Source: Spongospora subterranea f. sp. subterranea (taxonomy: Eukaryota). Taken from it: 64,000 bases of DNA. Within the stretch, counting starts at the first letter, position 1. Every line of letters starts with the position of its first letter. The notes beneath the pieces are model-generated. The model saw nothing but the letters and a program-made list of their open reading frames with translations. It ran no database searches and was not told the origin of the DNA. Of this stretch, positions 52,249-63,234 are shown piece after piece. The position numbers and the translations under genes were made by a program. The DNA lies in contig JAUGWO010000020.1 in assembly GCA_049724395.1 (NCBI GenBank), positions 62,001-126,000 on the forward strand, in the 5' to 3' direction.

Positions 52249-52639
52249 TCACTCCGAAATCTAAGAATAACAAGAGGAAGGCACAGAAATCTGGTGGGTC
52301 TACACCTACAACAGTGACGTTCAAACAAAATTCCAAAAATATCTACCAAGCGAGACTTCGCGTCAACTTACGCCGAATTTCAACAGGAGCAGCTGACATT
52401 TGACCGCGAAAAACTGCAAGAAGACATTAACATGCAACAGCGGCTTGCGTTGTTAAAAGAAAGCAAAATGGACCGCTTTGCTGTATTGGAGGAACGCAAA
52501 CTGGAACTGGAACAACAAAAGTTTTAACATTCCTCGGAACTTGCGACCAGATTGCAAAAGCAAACATGGTTGCTCATTTTTGCAGTCCGGTCAGAGTCTG
52601 AGAGTGTCAAGCGAACAGTTGAATTGGTCTTCCCATAAT
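52100..52639 (+). pseudogene. Harbinger accessory (ORF2) coiled-coil C-terminal remnant
   Basis: QQEQLTFDREKLQED..LEERKLELEQQKF..VELVFP, convergent with the transposase as is usual for two-gene PIF/Harbinger elements. Confidence 0.45.
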
Positions 52640-52750
52640 AAACTGTTTTTTATGACCAAAAGTGCAGGACTTTTCTGTTGAATTTCTTTGCGCGACTGAG
52701 CAACAGCAACGTTCCGGTCATGAGAGGGGCTCATCTCAACACTGGCTTCT

Positions 52751-54086
52751 TCATTTGATGAATCTGTAAAACGGAACTAAGTCATCAACTGGCAGCCTTC
52801 GTTGATTGACCATGTTATGCAGAACACAACATGCGATATTCCAGTCGCATGCAAACTCCACATCAGATGAACTATTGACACAGATTGGCAGACATCGTAA
52901 AGATTGGAACCGCCCTTTGAGAATCCCGTTCCCGTGCTCTGAAACGACGCGACCTCGTGAAAACCTGAGATTGAATTCCCCATTTTCCGGAACAGATGCC
53001 GCTGGCTGCCGATATGGAATAATCATCTGTTTGGTTCACAAAAAACCGGAATCGCCAAACTGATATTGCCCCTTTGAAAAAAAGCGATCTGGCTGCTTGG
53101 CCAATGATCCAGATGCCCAAACCTTTGAATCGTGTACCGATCCGGGCCATCCAGCTATAACAAAGCGGATAGATCGCTGAGATAAACTTCACCATCCAGA
53201 CTAGGACGCTGAAAGAGGACAATATGTGTTCCGTCTGACGATAGGATACATCCCTCAAAACCAAATTCGTTGTGATTAAAATCACTGAGGGTCCCGTCTT
53301 TCTTGCTCGTCAGGCCACTTGACGTATCTGGGCGTCAGTTCTTTCAGAGCTGCAATTACCCTCTTCGTATATAACGTGATGGTGCCATATCCAACGCCCT
53401 TGGCACGGGCTACTTTGCCAATTGCAGCTCCATTGCCAAAATGTCCAATCCGGTCTAACGCGCAAGCAAGCTGGATCCAGGACAAAGGAGTTCACCAGCC
53501 TGTGGCTCTGCCATCCGTCTAAGTTTTCTGTTAAGTCCACAAAGTACCGTTTGTCAACACTGTGCATGCTCCTTTCTCAAAGACATTGACGCACAACTAG
53601 AGTTTAGTCGAGTGGTGTTGTGGACACGATAAATTGGGGAAGCATTATCTAGGTCAGAGACTGACGTCTGTCGTGCTCTATCGTTATTTCATGCAATTTA
53701 CGAACGATCTCAATGCAGTGACAGGAATATTGAGTCGTAATCAAGAACCCAGTGCAATTCCATTTGGTAGCAGAATATTGTCACACCTTTTGAAGGCCCT
53801 GTTTGATTGCATCTTCGATCAGTTTGCCAACTCAATCGGACATATATTGGAATCAGCGTAAGCTAATCTACCTTCCATTGATGATCGTACCTCCACAGTT
53901 CTATCTCCCAGTTGTATTTACCGACGCAACAAGGTGAGATGACGTGGTTGACTTCATTCTCAACCATCCGGATCTGACCCGAAATATTTTCCAGTGAAGA
54001 TAGCGACGCCATAAATCAAGGCTGCCAAGCTGCCGGCGAGCTTGAGCTGCTGCACGGCGTATCTCGTCGTCTAATGTGAACCTCAT
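52751..54086 (-). mobile_element. PIF/Harbinger DDE_Tnp_4 transposase, frameshifted relic
   Basis: QLACALDRIGHFGNGA..GVGYGTITLYTKRVIAAL..YVKWPDEQER and FNLRFSRGRVVSEHGNGILKGRFQSL..IACCVLHNM. Confidence 0.9.
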
Positions 54087-55509
54087 AGTGTCGACGATTG
54101 ACGACCGCGCAAAAGTGGTTCAGCTTCAACACGATGCCGACCAACAGATACAGTATAACCTCTGGAGCATCTGCAGCGACATGGGATTACTTCATCGCCG
54201 TGATACGGGAGAATTTCTCAATACATCGTCCCACAATCAGATCTCAATATGAAATCCTTGCCACCTTTCTCTCTCATCATAAAAAAAAACTCTCCGATGA
54301 CGGGTTCATTCATCTGTTGAAATAGGTTACTCTTTTTGTTCCTCCTCAAAATGCGCTTTGATTTTCAGTGCTCGTCCACGAGTGAGTAATGTCAAACTCC
54401 AACATACAAGGAAGGAAAGCCAATCTTCGGCGCCCATAGACCGATTGAAACAGTCCAAATCTCCTACCAGTAATTTTGTTGGTGTTTTAATTGCGTTGGA
54501 GTGGTGTTGTAATCTAAGGAAGACTTAGGCTCCGACGTCAATGTGATTAGCGCGACGCGAACTGGGGTTGTTGTAAAATATGCTTTTCTGCCCGAGTTTG
54601 CGGGTTCGTCAGTGGTTTCAAGTGGTATTTGACACGCTTACAACCGTGTTTCAAACAAGATTACTAAAGTGCATCCTGCATCAGCAAGAACATGTTTTCC
54701 TTCTAGGACAATTGTGCAAACGTTCTTGCCAAAATCCGAGGATTTGAAAACGGATTTATCAATTGCCAAATCCAGGACGGAAACCGTACGAGAAAATGCA
54801 ACATTTGAACCAAAGTCAATTTGAGCGTTGATAGCAGGATATCATTCTCGCCTGGCTCTGGGATGCGACTGTCTTGTTGATTTTTGCGGGAACGTCAGTC
54901 ATTTTTCCTAATTCAACTTCAATCGTCTAATCTGTCCGGCAGAAAAGACTATAATGAATAATTTTCTGTTTAACGCATTCTATAGCGTCGAAAATATTAG
55001 GAGCCAATCTCTCCGTTTGTCGCAATAGCGTTGGCCGATATTCAAAGTCCGACGGCGTCGGACCAAGGCCTTGCTCAGGTAACTGTCGGCAATATCTTCC
55101 CCTTCATGAGCTGCTGAGCGACCGATTGCGCCCCAGCTGTATCGCCGGGCTAGCAAAGCCCATAGCAGCACCGAGCGTTCTTAACCACAGCCGGTCAATT
55201 TCACAATCACTCTTCCGGGGTTGAACGATATTCTTCACACCCTTTGTTGTTACACTCTGTGATAAGATATCGTGTCTACACTGTGGCTGCAGTTGATTCC
55301 AACACTCCCCATATCGTGTTTGGTGACGCGGCGACAGTCGCTGATCGAATCGTCTCCCACTGGGTCTCGCTGCAAAAACGAGTACGCGCTGCCGTTACGC
55401 AGTGCCATTGAGAAACGAATTCGGATCCGAGTCGATTGCAGTCAATCAGAGAGGGGTTTAGGCACTGGGGAATGTGCCACATTACCAGTTAATTTCAAAT
55501 CAACTCATA

Positions 55510-56303
55510 ATGGTAATTGGTGGACACAAGTAGGATCGATCAACTGGATTCGTTGTTGGAACCGGCGCGGGACTGATCCGAACTTGCAGGGCCGACGATC
55601 GACGACCGGGATGTCGCATATATCTACGGAAGGTGGGGCGATCCGGTGGCTGGATGTTGCGCCCAGAGCCGTCGCGAGAGTTTGACTCCGGTTCGGCGTC
55701 TTCTGCTCCGGACGAAACAACAAGAGTTGATTCAGGTTCCATCGTTCAATTATACGAATTTGTCAAAGCTATGCCAAATTGCGGAATCAGAAAACGTATG
55801 TTTTGAGGTATCAGGGAATCGATATTAATTTCTTGGCGGTATAGGAGCATGAAGCTGTTTCGGACTCTGTATACAAGGCTCGTCATCGGCCTTTGGAGCT
55901 TGTGGAACAAGAGGAACGGCGTCAGATGGTGCCGAATCAGCTAGACAAGTGGGCTGTATGCGAAAACGATCGCTGTAGAAAATGGCGTCGAATTTCTTCC
56001 GATCTCAACGTGGAGGCATCTGATATAGATTATTACTGTGGAAATCTTCCATCCCCGAATGCACAGGTAGCCATTTCCTGTCCCGATAATATCGCTTTGT
56101 CTCATACTTTTGTGAAGGAATGTGCAGTCATTGACGACTGGATAACAGAGTGCCTTGGGTCGGCTTTGGCGCAACGCTGCGCCGACCTTGGGGTACATAG
56201 TGTTGATGGAATTTTAAACCACCCCAAATTAATTCAACGTTTAAATGCCATTGGTGTTTATTACGAACCCAATACTTTGGCGCTTCGATTGTTCGAACCC
56301 TGA
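55510..56303 (+). CDS. Small chromatin protein: PEHE-like motif plus CW-type zinc finger (5' end uncertain)
   Basis: Spliced IQVPSF..EHEAVSDSVYKARHRPLELVEQEERR followed by WAVCENDRCRKWRRI..YYC.N..C. Confidence 0.65.
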
Positions 56304-56779
56304 CCCTTTCCCTGATTTATCGATAATTATCATATATACTATGGCTACATTTACCCATCGCAAAATTTGACGGAGTCTATGAACGACTTGCACGTAATCT
56401 CATCCATAGACGACTTGTTGAACACTAAGGATGATCGTAATCATATTATCAATTGCAACTCAAGAAGTTTTCGAATAACGACCTTGCTCTGACGTTTTGG
56501 AATTTGCCGATATTGAGTTGAATTGTTACTAAGTTGAACTGCGTTTTAACGCTCTACAGGTCTACTGTACCACAGCAATAGCAAATCAGGGGAGGTCGAA
56601 TCAAATCGCAAACTCGCCCCCTTCGGCAGATGCATTATCGGTAACCGCAGACTGCCCTGTATTGAGGTGAATCAACGGTTTCAAATGAACAACTTTATCG
56701 AACGGATTAATCGATTGGGACAAGGGTTGTGCCCAACAAGATATTTATCGATAGCGTCTTGATTCACGAACCTTGTCAA

Positions 56780-58152
56780 ATGGTATCGGGTGACGTTGTT
56801 GGCGGTTTCCCTCACGATGAGATGGTCGGCATTGCCTGCGCCTTGATCGGCAACGTCCTGGACAATACCGGGGTCTGTATTCAGAAACTCTCCCACAATC
56901 GCAGCGAACAAATCGGTGGATCTTATTGGAAAGAGCCCCGATGGATGATCGGGATCATCTTATATTTGTCGGGGACTGTGCTCAACGGAGCTGGTTTGGG
57001 TCTCGCTCCCCAATCCATCGTGGCCGTACTAGGTCCATTGGTTCTTGTTGTGAATGTGATCAAGTAAGATGATGGCGAGCGTCATCGTCTGTTCGTGTTC
57101 TGATAACCCGATTACAGTTCAGTTGTGGTTCTCCACGAGCGAATAACAGTCAAGATCTGTATCGGGACGTCAGTGATCATGATCGGTTCCGCATTGGCCG
57201 TTGTTTCAGGTCCAACAACATCACAGCGGTTTATCACCTTAAAATCTGAGTCAGCTCATGCAGGGAGTCGTTCCCGTGAACAACCTCTATTTCGATCCAG
57301 CGATCTTCGGGACCATTTCTTCTCGCCAACGTTCCTGGTCTACTTCATCTCCCTTATCTCAATAATGGTATCCATCCGACTCCCTGTGCCCCTGTCGTCA
57401 TCCAGATCGCCCATCGCCTCCTGTTTAGGTCTACCTGTATTTCGGCGTCATCCTCAAGGACAGATTCCTCAACAGACACGTCGTGGCCAGGGACGCGATA
57501 GCCAATCTGGACGACGAATCTGATCATCTCGAGACAGGGTCCGGTACGACGTGTGATCACCCTCTCGTTGATCGACCTCTCGACCATCACTATTGGGCGT
57601 TCACCGTCGATTCCTCCACCGAGTCCGTTCGCTTGGGCCTAGTCTACCCGGTCCTGGCCGCCTGTTTCGCCTCGCTAACTTCCCTCGTCTGGAAGTGCAC
57701 GATCGAACTGGTTCGCGGATTACAAAATGTCGCCATCGCCAACCTGACGGGATATCGTCTTTGCCGTCGATTGTTCAGGTGAAATCCAGCCTGAAGGGCT
57801 ATCCCGCATTCACCGAGCTGTGGATATATTTGCTGATCATGGCGCTACCCGTTCTTGGATTTAGCCAGATCCACATGCTGAATCTGGCCATGCAGCGGTT
57901 CAATCAGCTGTTCGTGATTCCGTCGTTCGTGGTGACGGCCGAAACCCTGAATATTGTCGGTGGCGGTGTGTTCTTTCAAGGTGCTCATTGGGTAAACTGG
58001 AACAAGGGGACATTTGACGATTGACCGAGTCGGCAGAGTTCTCATCGTTCGGATGGCTTCAGACGGCCAAATTCGTGACCGCGTTATTGATCACATTCGC
58101 AGGAATCTATATTTTGGCGACAGGTATTATTTCACACGAACAGATTCATTAA
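56780..58152 (+). CDS. NIPA (DUF803) magnesium transporter family protein, multi-exon
   Basis: GVCIQKLSH..YWKEPRWMIG..LAPQSIVAVLG..LHERI..QIHMLNLAMQRF..VIP..VGGGVFFQEF. Confidence 0.88.
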
Positions 58153-58428
58153 TTGGTGATGTGTTAGAACCCAATAAACGGGCTATTGATATGTAGGTCA
58201 ACGACAGGTACTGACAGTAAACCCAGATCGGCCAGTAAATCCATCACCTCGATGATATCGTCAATATCAACCAGAACGTATTGATCTAGGGCGATAAACT
58301 AAACTGTCAATAAATATCATTTGATAATCATCAAACACCTCTGAAGATCGACAAACTTCATTGACCTATGAAAGGTGTTCTCTTTATAGTCATTATGGGT
58401 TTTCAAGCGCTCATCGACGATTGATAAG

Positions 58429-59206
58429 GGATGATATCTTGATCTATTCACAGGATCTAGTGGAACACGAAGCTCATGTCAAGGTGGTTTTACAACGGTT
58501 GTCGCGAAAAGAAGTTGTTTGCCAAGCTCGAGAAACGCGCTTTTGGGGTTGTAAATGTTGTTGTCGCATCTCCTGGATGGTGAGTTGTAGTTGTTGAACG
58601 AGAGACGGCGGGTTCGAAGTTTGCCGGAATACGATCCGAATCAAGATTCATTATCAGATCGTATAATTAGTCGCCAATACACATATCCTTAGTCTCTTTC
58701 CTCCTTCTAGTCTCTTTCCTCCGTCCTTATCGTAACACTTATTGTACGATCCTCCATGAATTTTGATTCTGATCCTCGTCTTCCGGCTTCGAACCCGCCG
58801 ACCCTACTTTCGTTCAACAAAAATACAACACACCATCCAGGAGATGCGGCAGCAGCAATTACAACTCCAGGACAACGGTACATCCTTCTTGGTCAGCTCG
58901 TACAGTGGCGCTGCGTATTGGGAGTATCGAGAGATGAAGTCGCGATATAAATTTAGCGAATCCTAAGAAGCATTGAATTCCTTTGACGGACGACGGTGCT
59001 TTGCCACGATGTAATATTGGAGGATTTTCCTGGGTCCATTTCAATTCCTTGCGGGCTGATGATGTAACCCAGAAATCCACACGTTGAACTCCAAAAGCGC
59101 ATTTCTCGAGCTTGGCAAACAACTTCTTTAGCGCAACCGTTGTAAAACCACCTTGACATGAGCTTCGTGTTCCACTAGATCCTGTGAATAAATCAAGATA
59201 TAATCC
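58429..59206. repeat. Nested inverted duplication inside the Gypsy relic
   Basis: 58429-58550 is the reverse complement of 59087-59206 (RT, ILIYSQDLVEHEAHVKVVLQRL on both strands). 58544-58651 is the reverse complement of 58756-58869 (gag-like start). Confidence 0.95.
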
Positions 59207-60180
59207 AGGTATACAACCACGAATTTTCCCAGGCAGTCCTGGAACGTCTCGTTCATAAATCTTTTGAAACGAGGCTGGAGCAACCTTGAGACCAAATGGC
59301 ATAACTTGATATTCAAAGTGACCGTACTTGCTGTTGAACGCCGTTTTCCATTCATATTTTGGTCTGATCCTCACCAGGTTGTACGCGCCGCGCAGGTCAA
59401 TCTTCGTGTAGCATTTGGCGATCGCGAGTTGTTGTAAAATGTCGTCGACTAGAGGTAGTGGATATGGTTCTGGCTTCGTGATGTTGTTGAGTGACCCGTA
59501 ATCGACACACAATCTTAGCGAACCATCCTTCTTTTTAAAAAGAGGAATCGGCCCTCCGAGCGGGGACTGAAAATTCCTGATAAAACCTCGCTCCAGATTA
59601 TCTTGGATGTAGGATTGTAGAAAGGGGTTCTCTTTTGCTGATGGGGAATAGCAGGGTCTGTAAGAAGGAGTTCCTGCATGTTCTTCCAGATTGATAACAC
59701 AGTCGACACCTGGTTGATGTTGGTGGTAGTGTTTCTGCACCTTCCTGGGAGAAAACGTCTGCGAAATCTGAATACTGAGTCGGAAGTTTAACACGTTCGT
59801 GACACGTCTCGGTTTCACCGACTATTATGGCAGGGGAACCAACTTCATCTAGTTGTGTTGCGGCGGATTCCTTGCACGATTCACAGATCGGGTCGCAGAA
59901 GGGGTCAGATTCAGTTGGCGAGGACGGTCGGGATCATTGATAAGACGTCGTGAGTGAGTCGGGAAGCGGTGTCGCCGATGAGTGCTGCCGATGAGTAGGC
60001 GATCAGTGATTTCGAGCATCCTCGGTGGTGACGCTGCGATGTTGATCAAGGAAGGACCATAGGACAGTAGAAGCGCGCTTTCGATTGGACTTTACACGAG
60101 TTTCAAAGACGAAGTTCACGATGTTGACTTATTGTAAACTAGAGATCAAAGGGTGTTTTAGCCAGTTTCCTGCATCCAAT
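58652..60180 (-). mobile_element. Rearranged Ty3/Gypsy (Tf2-like) LTR retrotransposon relic: RT on minus, gag-like start on plus
   Basis: RT motifs KKKDGSLRLCVDY, YPLPLVDD, KIDLRGAYNLVRI, WKTAF, YQVMPFGL, VVYLDYILIYS. A putative LTR end (cgtaaca, 58737) with an 18-bp tandem repeat at 58690-58722. Confidence 0.9.
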
Positions 60181-60569
60181 CCATAAACGATTATTTACTG
60201 GCGAATCGAATCGCAATTCTGCCCGTAATCTTCACATTTATCACTCCTTCGTATCGGCCCCCAAACAACACAGCAACTCCTAGCGATGAACGGGGAATCG
60301 CTCGATCTCAAACCAAACCGAACACTGGATCCATCGTCAGCTCGATTGTTCAGTGGCCCCCCAGTTGTAGCGCCATTTCGGCAATGGAGCAACAGCACAC
60401 GGCAGGGTCCATACCTGGGTCGTTCGGGCCCGCGAACGGCCCCATATGCGGATTGGGAAAAATCCCAGAAGCGAATGGTTAAGGCCGGCGGGGATATCCG
60501 ACTCCCTTTTGATTTTGAGCGCGGCGTTCACGGAACTGAAATCTGAGTTCGGACTTGGGTGATTTGGAA

Positions 60570-61780
60570 ATGTCGGACGCGACAAGGAAGCGCGTCGGGT
60601 CGCCCATCACCGATCTCCCCGCATCCAAGCGAACGGCGCCCGCGATCGATATCGTCTCGGGAGCGGCGTCCGATCCGGGCAAGAAGAAGTTCTACGAGGA
60701 TCGGCACGTGATCGGCGGCGATAATCGCCTGTTCGCCGTATTCGATGGGCACGGCGGCGACGAGGTGTCGGAATATCTGCGGGCCAATGTCGTCGACTGT
60801 TTCAACAGAGAGACCGACCGATGCGGCGATATGAAATCGGCACTGACCGCCTGTTTCAAGGCGCTCGATGACGACGTAATCGCCCACTCACGAATCGTTT
60901 TCCAGCGCGTTTTTGTGTTTCGCCGTTGTTGGGTTGTTTGTCGAGGTTTTAACCGCCTCAATCGAATGCAGGTCCTAACGAATGTGACTGCCGAAAGCGG
61001 GAGCTGTGCTGTCCTATCAGCGTTGGAGGGTGATGTTGTGTGGACCGCCAATATCGGAGATTGTCGAGTAATCAAACTTTGTTTACAAATGTCCAAAAAC
61101 CATTTTGTTTGCCGATTATTTGATTTCTGTTTGTTTCGCGGCGAATTCACTCTAAACTAGTTTGTTTTTTAGGCGATATTGGCCAGGAAATCATCCCCCG
61201 AAGCCGACTCTTATCGCGCCGTCGTAATTTCTGTTTTCGCCCGGGAAATTTCGTGGGTTTTGATTTGTTGGTTGTTCCCAGCCACTTTCGAAAATCCACA
61301 TGCCGATCTACGCGGCCGAATCCGCAAGGATCCGTTCCGCCGGTGGATTTGTCGAGGATGGGCGTGTGAACGGGCGTCTGGAAGTGTCGAGGGCGTTCGG
61401 CGATCGCCCATTCAAACGCTGCGGGGTGGTCGCTACACCATGTATTGTTCTCATTGTGTTCGTTTTTCTTCCTGTTTTGTTGATGTTTATGTTTTTATGT
61501 TGTTGGCGATTCCTGTGTAGATATATCGCACTTCACATATAGGTCGGGATCGGATGGATTTATGGTGCTGGCATGTGATGGATTATGGGTCGTCATGGAG
61601 GCCCAGGCCGTTGTCGATTTCGTTGCCGACAGGATCGCGGCGCCGAGAGAGGAGATCGAGTCCGACAAGCAGGGCGATAATCTGGCCAGAAATATTGCCA
61701 GACAACTGCTGACCTATGCCGTGGTCGAACGATACGCCAAAGACAACGTCACTATCATTGTAGTCATATTCGACAAATAA
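60570..61780 (+). CDS. Protein phosphatase 2C (PPM family), multi-exon
   Basis: EDRH, LFAVFDGHGG, SGSCA, ANIGDCR, RVNGRLEVSRAFGD, VLACDGLW, DNVTIIVV. Confidence 0.95.
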
Positions 61781-61846
61781 ACCCAGATAATGTAAAATCC
61801 CCCAGAATTGAGTAATTTGGTTTTTTGTTCATCAGTTATCAGAAAC

Positions 61847-62100
61847 AAAAAAAATCAGTCGGCGCTGGGTCCGGTTCACTTTGTGCAACTACGCCAACGC
61901 ATACGATTGCTATGTCAACCTGAGAATAATCAAGAAAACCCCAGGGCATCGTCCCAATAGACAAGCACCGTTGGCCATTGCCAACCAGGGTTGGCGATAA
62001 ACACACTGTGAGACGAGTACACACAACCAACAGGTGGACAGTGCTCCACAGATACAGTGACCGGCAGAGAGGGTCGCGCTCCCACACCGCCCCCCCCCCC
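61847..62100 (-). ncRNA. Candidate structured ncRNA of unknown family (~250 nt, Pol III-like T8 end)
   Basis: Long-range and local helices whose non-Watson-Crick positions are G-U on minus and C-A on plus. T8 run at the 3' end. Lies in an intergenic gap with no credible ORF. Confidence 0.5.
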
Positions 62101-62187
62101 TTGGCCGGCCTGGCCCTGCTGGGCCGCTGAAAGCAATGACCAACATCGCCCACGACTGTTGACGTCCAAATGAACCTCATTCGGTGA

Positions 62188-63149
62188 ATGGTACAGAGGA
62201 CCCTATTCGAACAGACGATGGCCAAAGATACCGACGAGGTCTATCGTCTTCGGATCCAGGCCACCGCTCTAATACAAGATGTCGGTATCCGCTGTCTGTA
62301 CCCAAGCTCATTTCGCCACCATCGATCCCCTCATAGTTTCACAGTACAATTTCCCCAGATGACCATCGCCACAGCTATGACGCTGTTCCATCGATTTTTC
62401 TCCACTCAACTTTTGACTTCTCATGACGTTATGGGTCGGATTATCGGGTCCTCCAATATTCACTGGTATATCTAAACCGGTGCTGTTAGAAATCGCTCAG
62501 ACCAGCCTGTTTGTTTCTGGTAAATCCGAGGAGACGCCAAGACGTCTTCGAGATGTTCTCAATACGGTCTATCGATTTTGCCATCCGGATCTCCCACCAT
62601 TACAGGTTCGCGTCTTCATGTGTTTTCAACGATCCCCCCTTAACAACGTCTCTGTTAGATTTGCGATGAATTCTGGGCGATGAAAGAACGGCTGATTGAA
62701 TCTGAGCGTCAATTTCTACGCGTCATTGGGTTCGATTTCGCGGTCACACATCCGCATTCATTCGCCCTACATTTTCTACGCGATCTCAGGGCGAATGACG
62801 ATCTGGCGAATCTGACATTCGCAATATTGAACGACTCGTTGAGGTTGCCGTTCTGTGTTCATTACGAGCCACATGTCATCGCTTGCAGCGCTCTGTACGC
62901 CAAACCTGACCTGCTCCTCCCGTATTCGAGAGTGTATTGACCCACGTTCGCCAGATACCTGGCGACGGAACTGCTTTCGGTGCGAACGGGAGACGGCGAT
63001 GAGGAATGGTGGGACCGGTTTGGAGCTCATAGAACAGGTAATCGTGTCTCTGTTGGCTGGTCATTGTCTAACTCTGAACGCCTTGAACAGAAGTGGAGAG
63101 CATTTGTCATGCAATTTTAGATATGTACGAAAGGGCAGAAGATATATAA
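62188..63149 (+). CDS. Transcriptional cyclin, cyclin Q (FAM58)/cyclin L-like, multi-exon
   Basis: IQDVGIRL..PQMTIATAMTLFHRFF; LFVSGKSEETPRRLRDVLN..HPDLPPL..FWAMKERLIESERQFLRVIGFDFAVTHPH; NDSLR; WW. Confidence 0.88.
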
Positions 63150-63234
63150 TTTCACAGAACTATTTGATTATAATTGTGCCAATATATTGCACCTAATAAT
63201 GTATTTTTTTGTAATCTATCGCTGTTTTTTGCCT

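Noticed and set aside
53495..53668. Possible old foldback within the Harbinger transposase (gtccacaa..tgtgc / gcaca..ttgtggac)
   Set aside because: Only short anchors align; I cannot separate it from chance by eye.
58192..58337. TG..CA segment with aataaa as a solo LTR
   Set aside because: No second copy or target-site duplication in the window; it could be the NIPA 3'UTR.
61861..61885. gtgaaccggacccag resembling SRP RNA
   Set aside because: The helix-8 GNRA loop and AGCAG motif do not follow.
61975..62000. ccaaccct as a telomerase template
   Set aside because: It does not give 1.5 copies of a TTAGGG/TTTAGGG/TTTTAGGG-type repeat and lies inside a hairpin.
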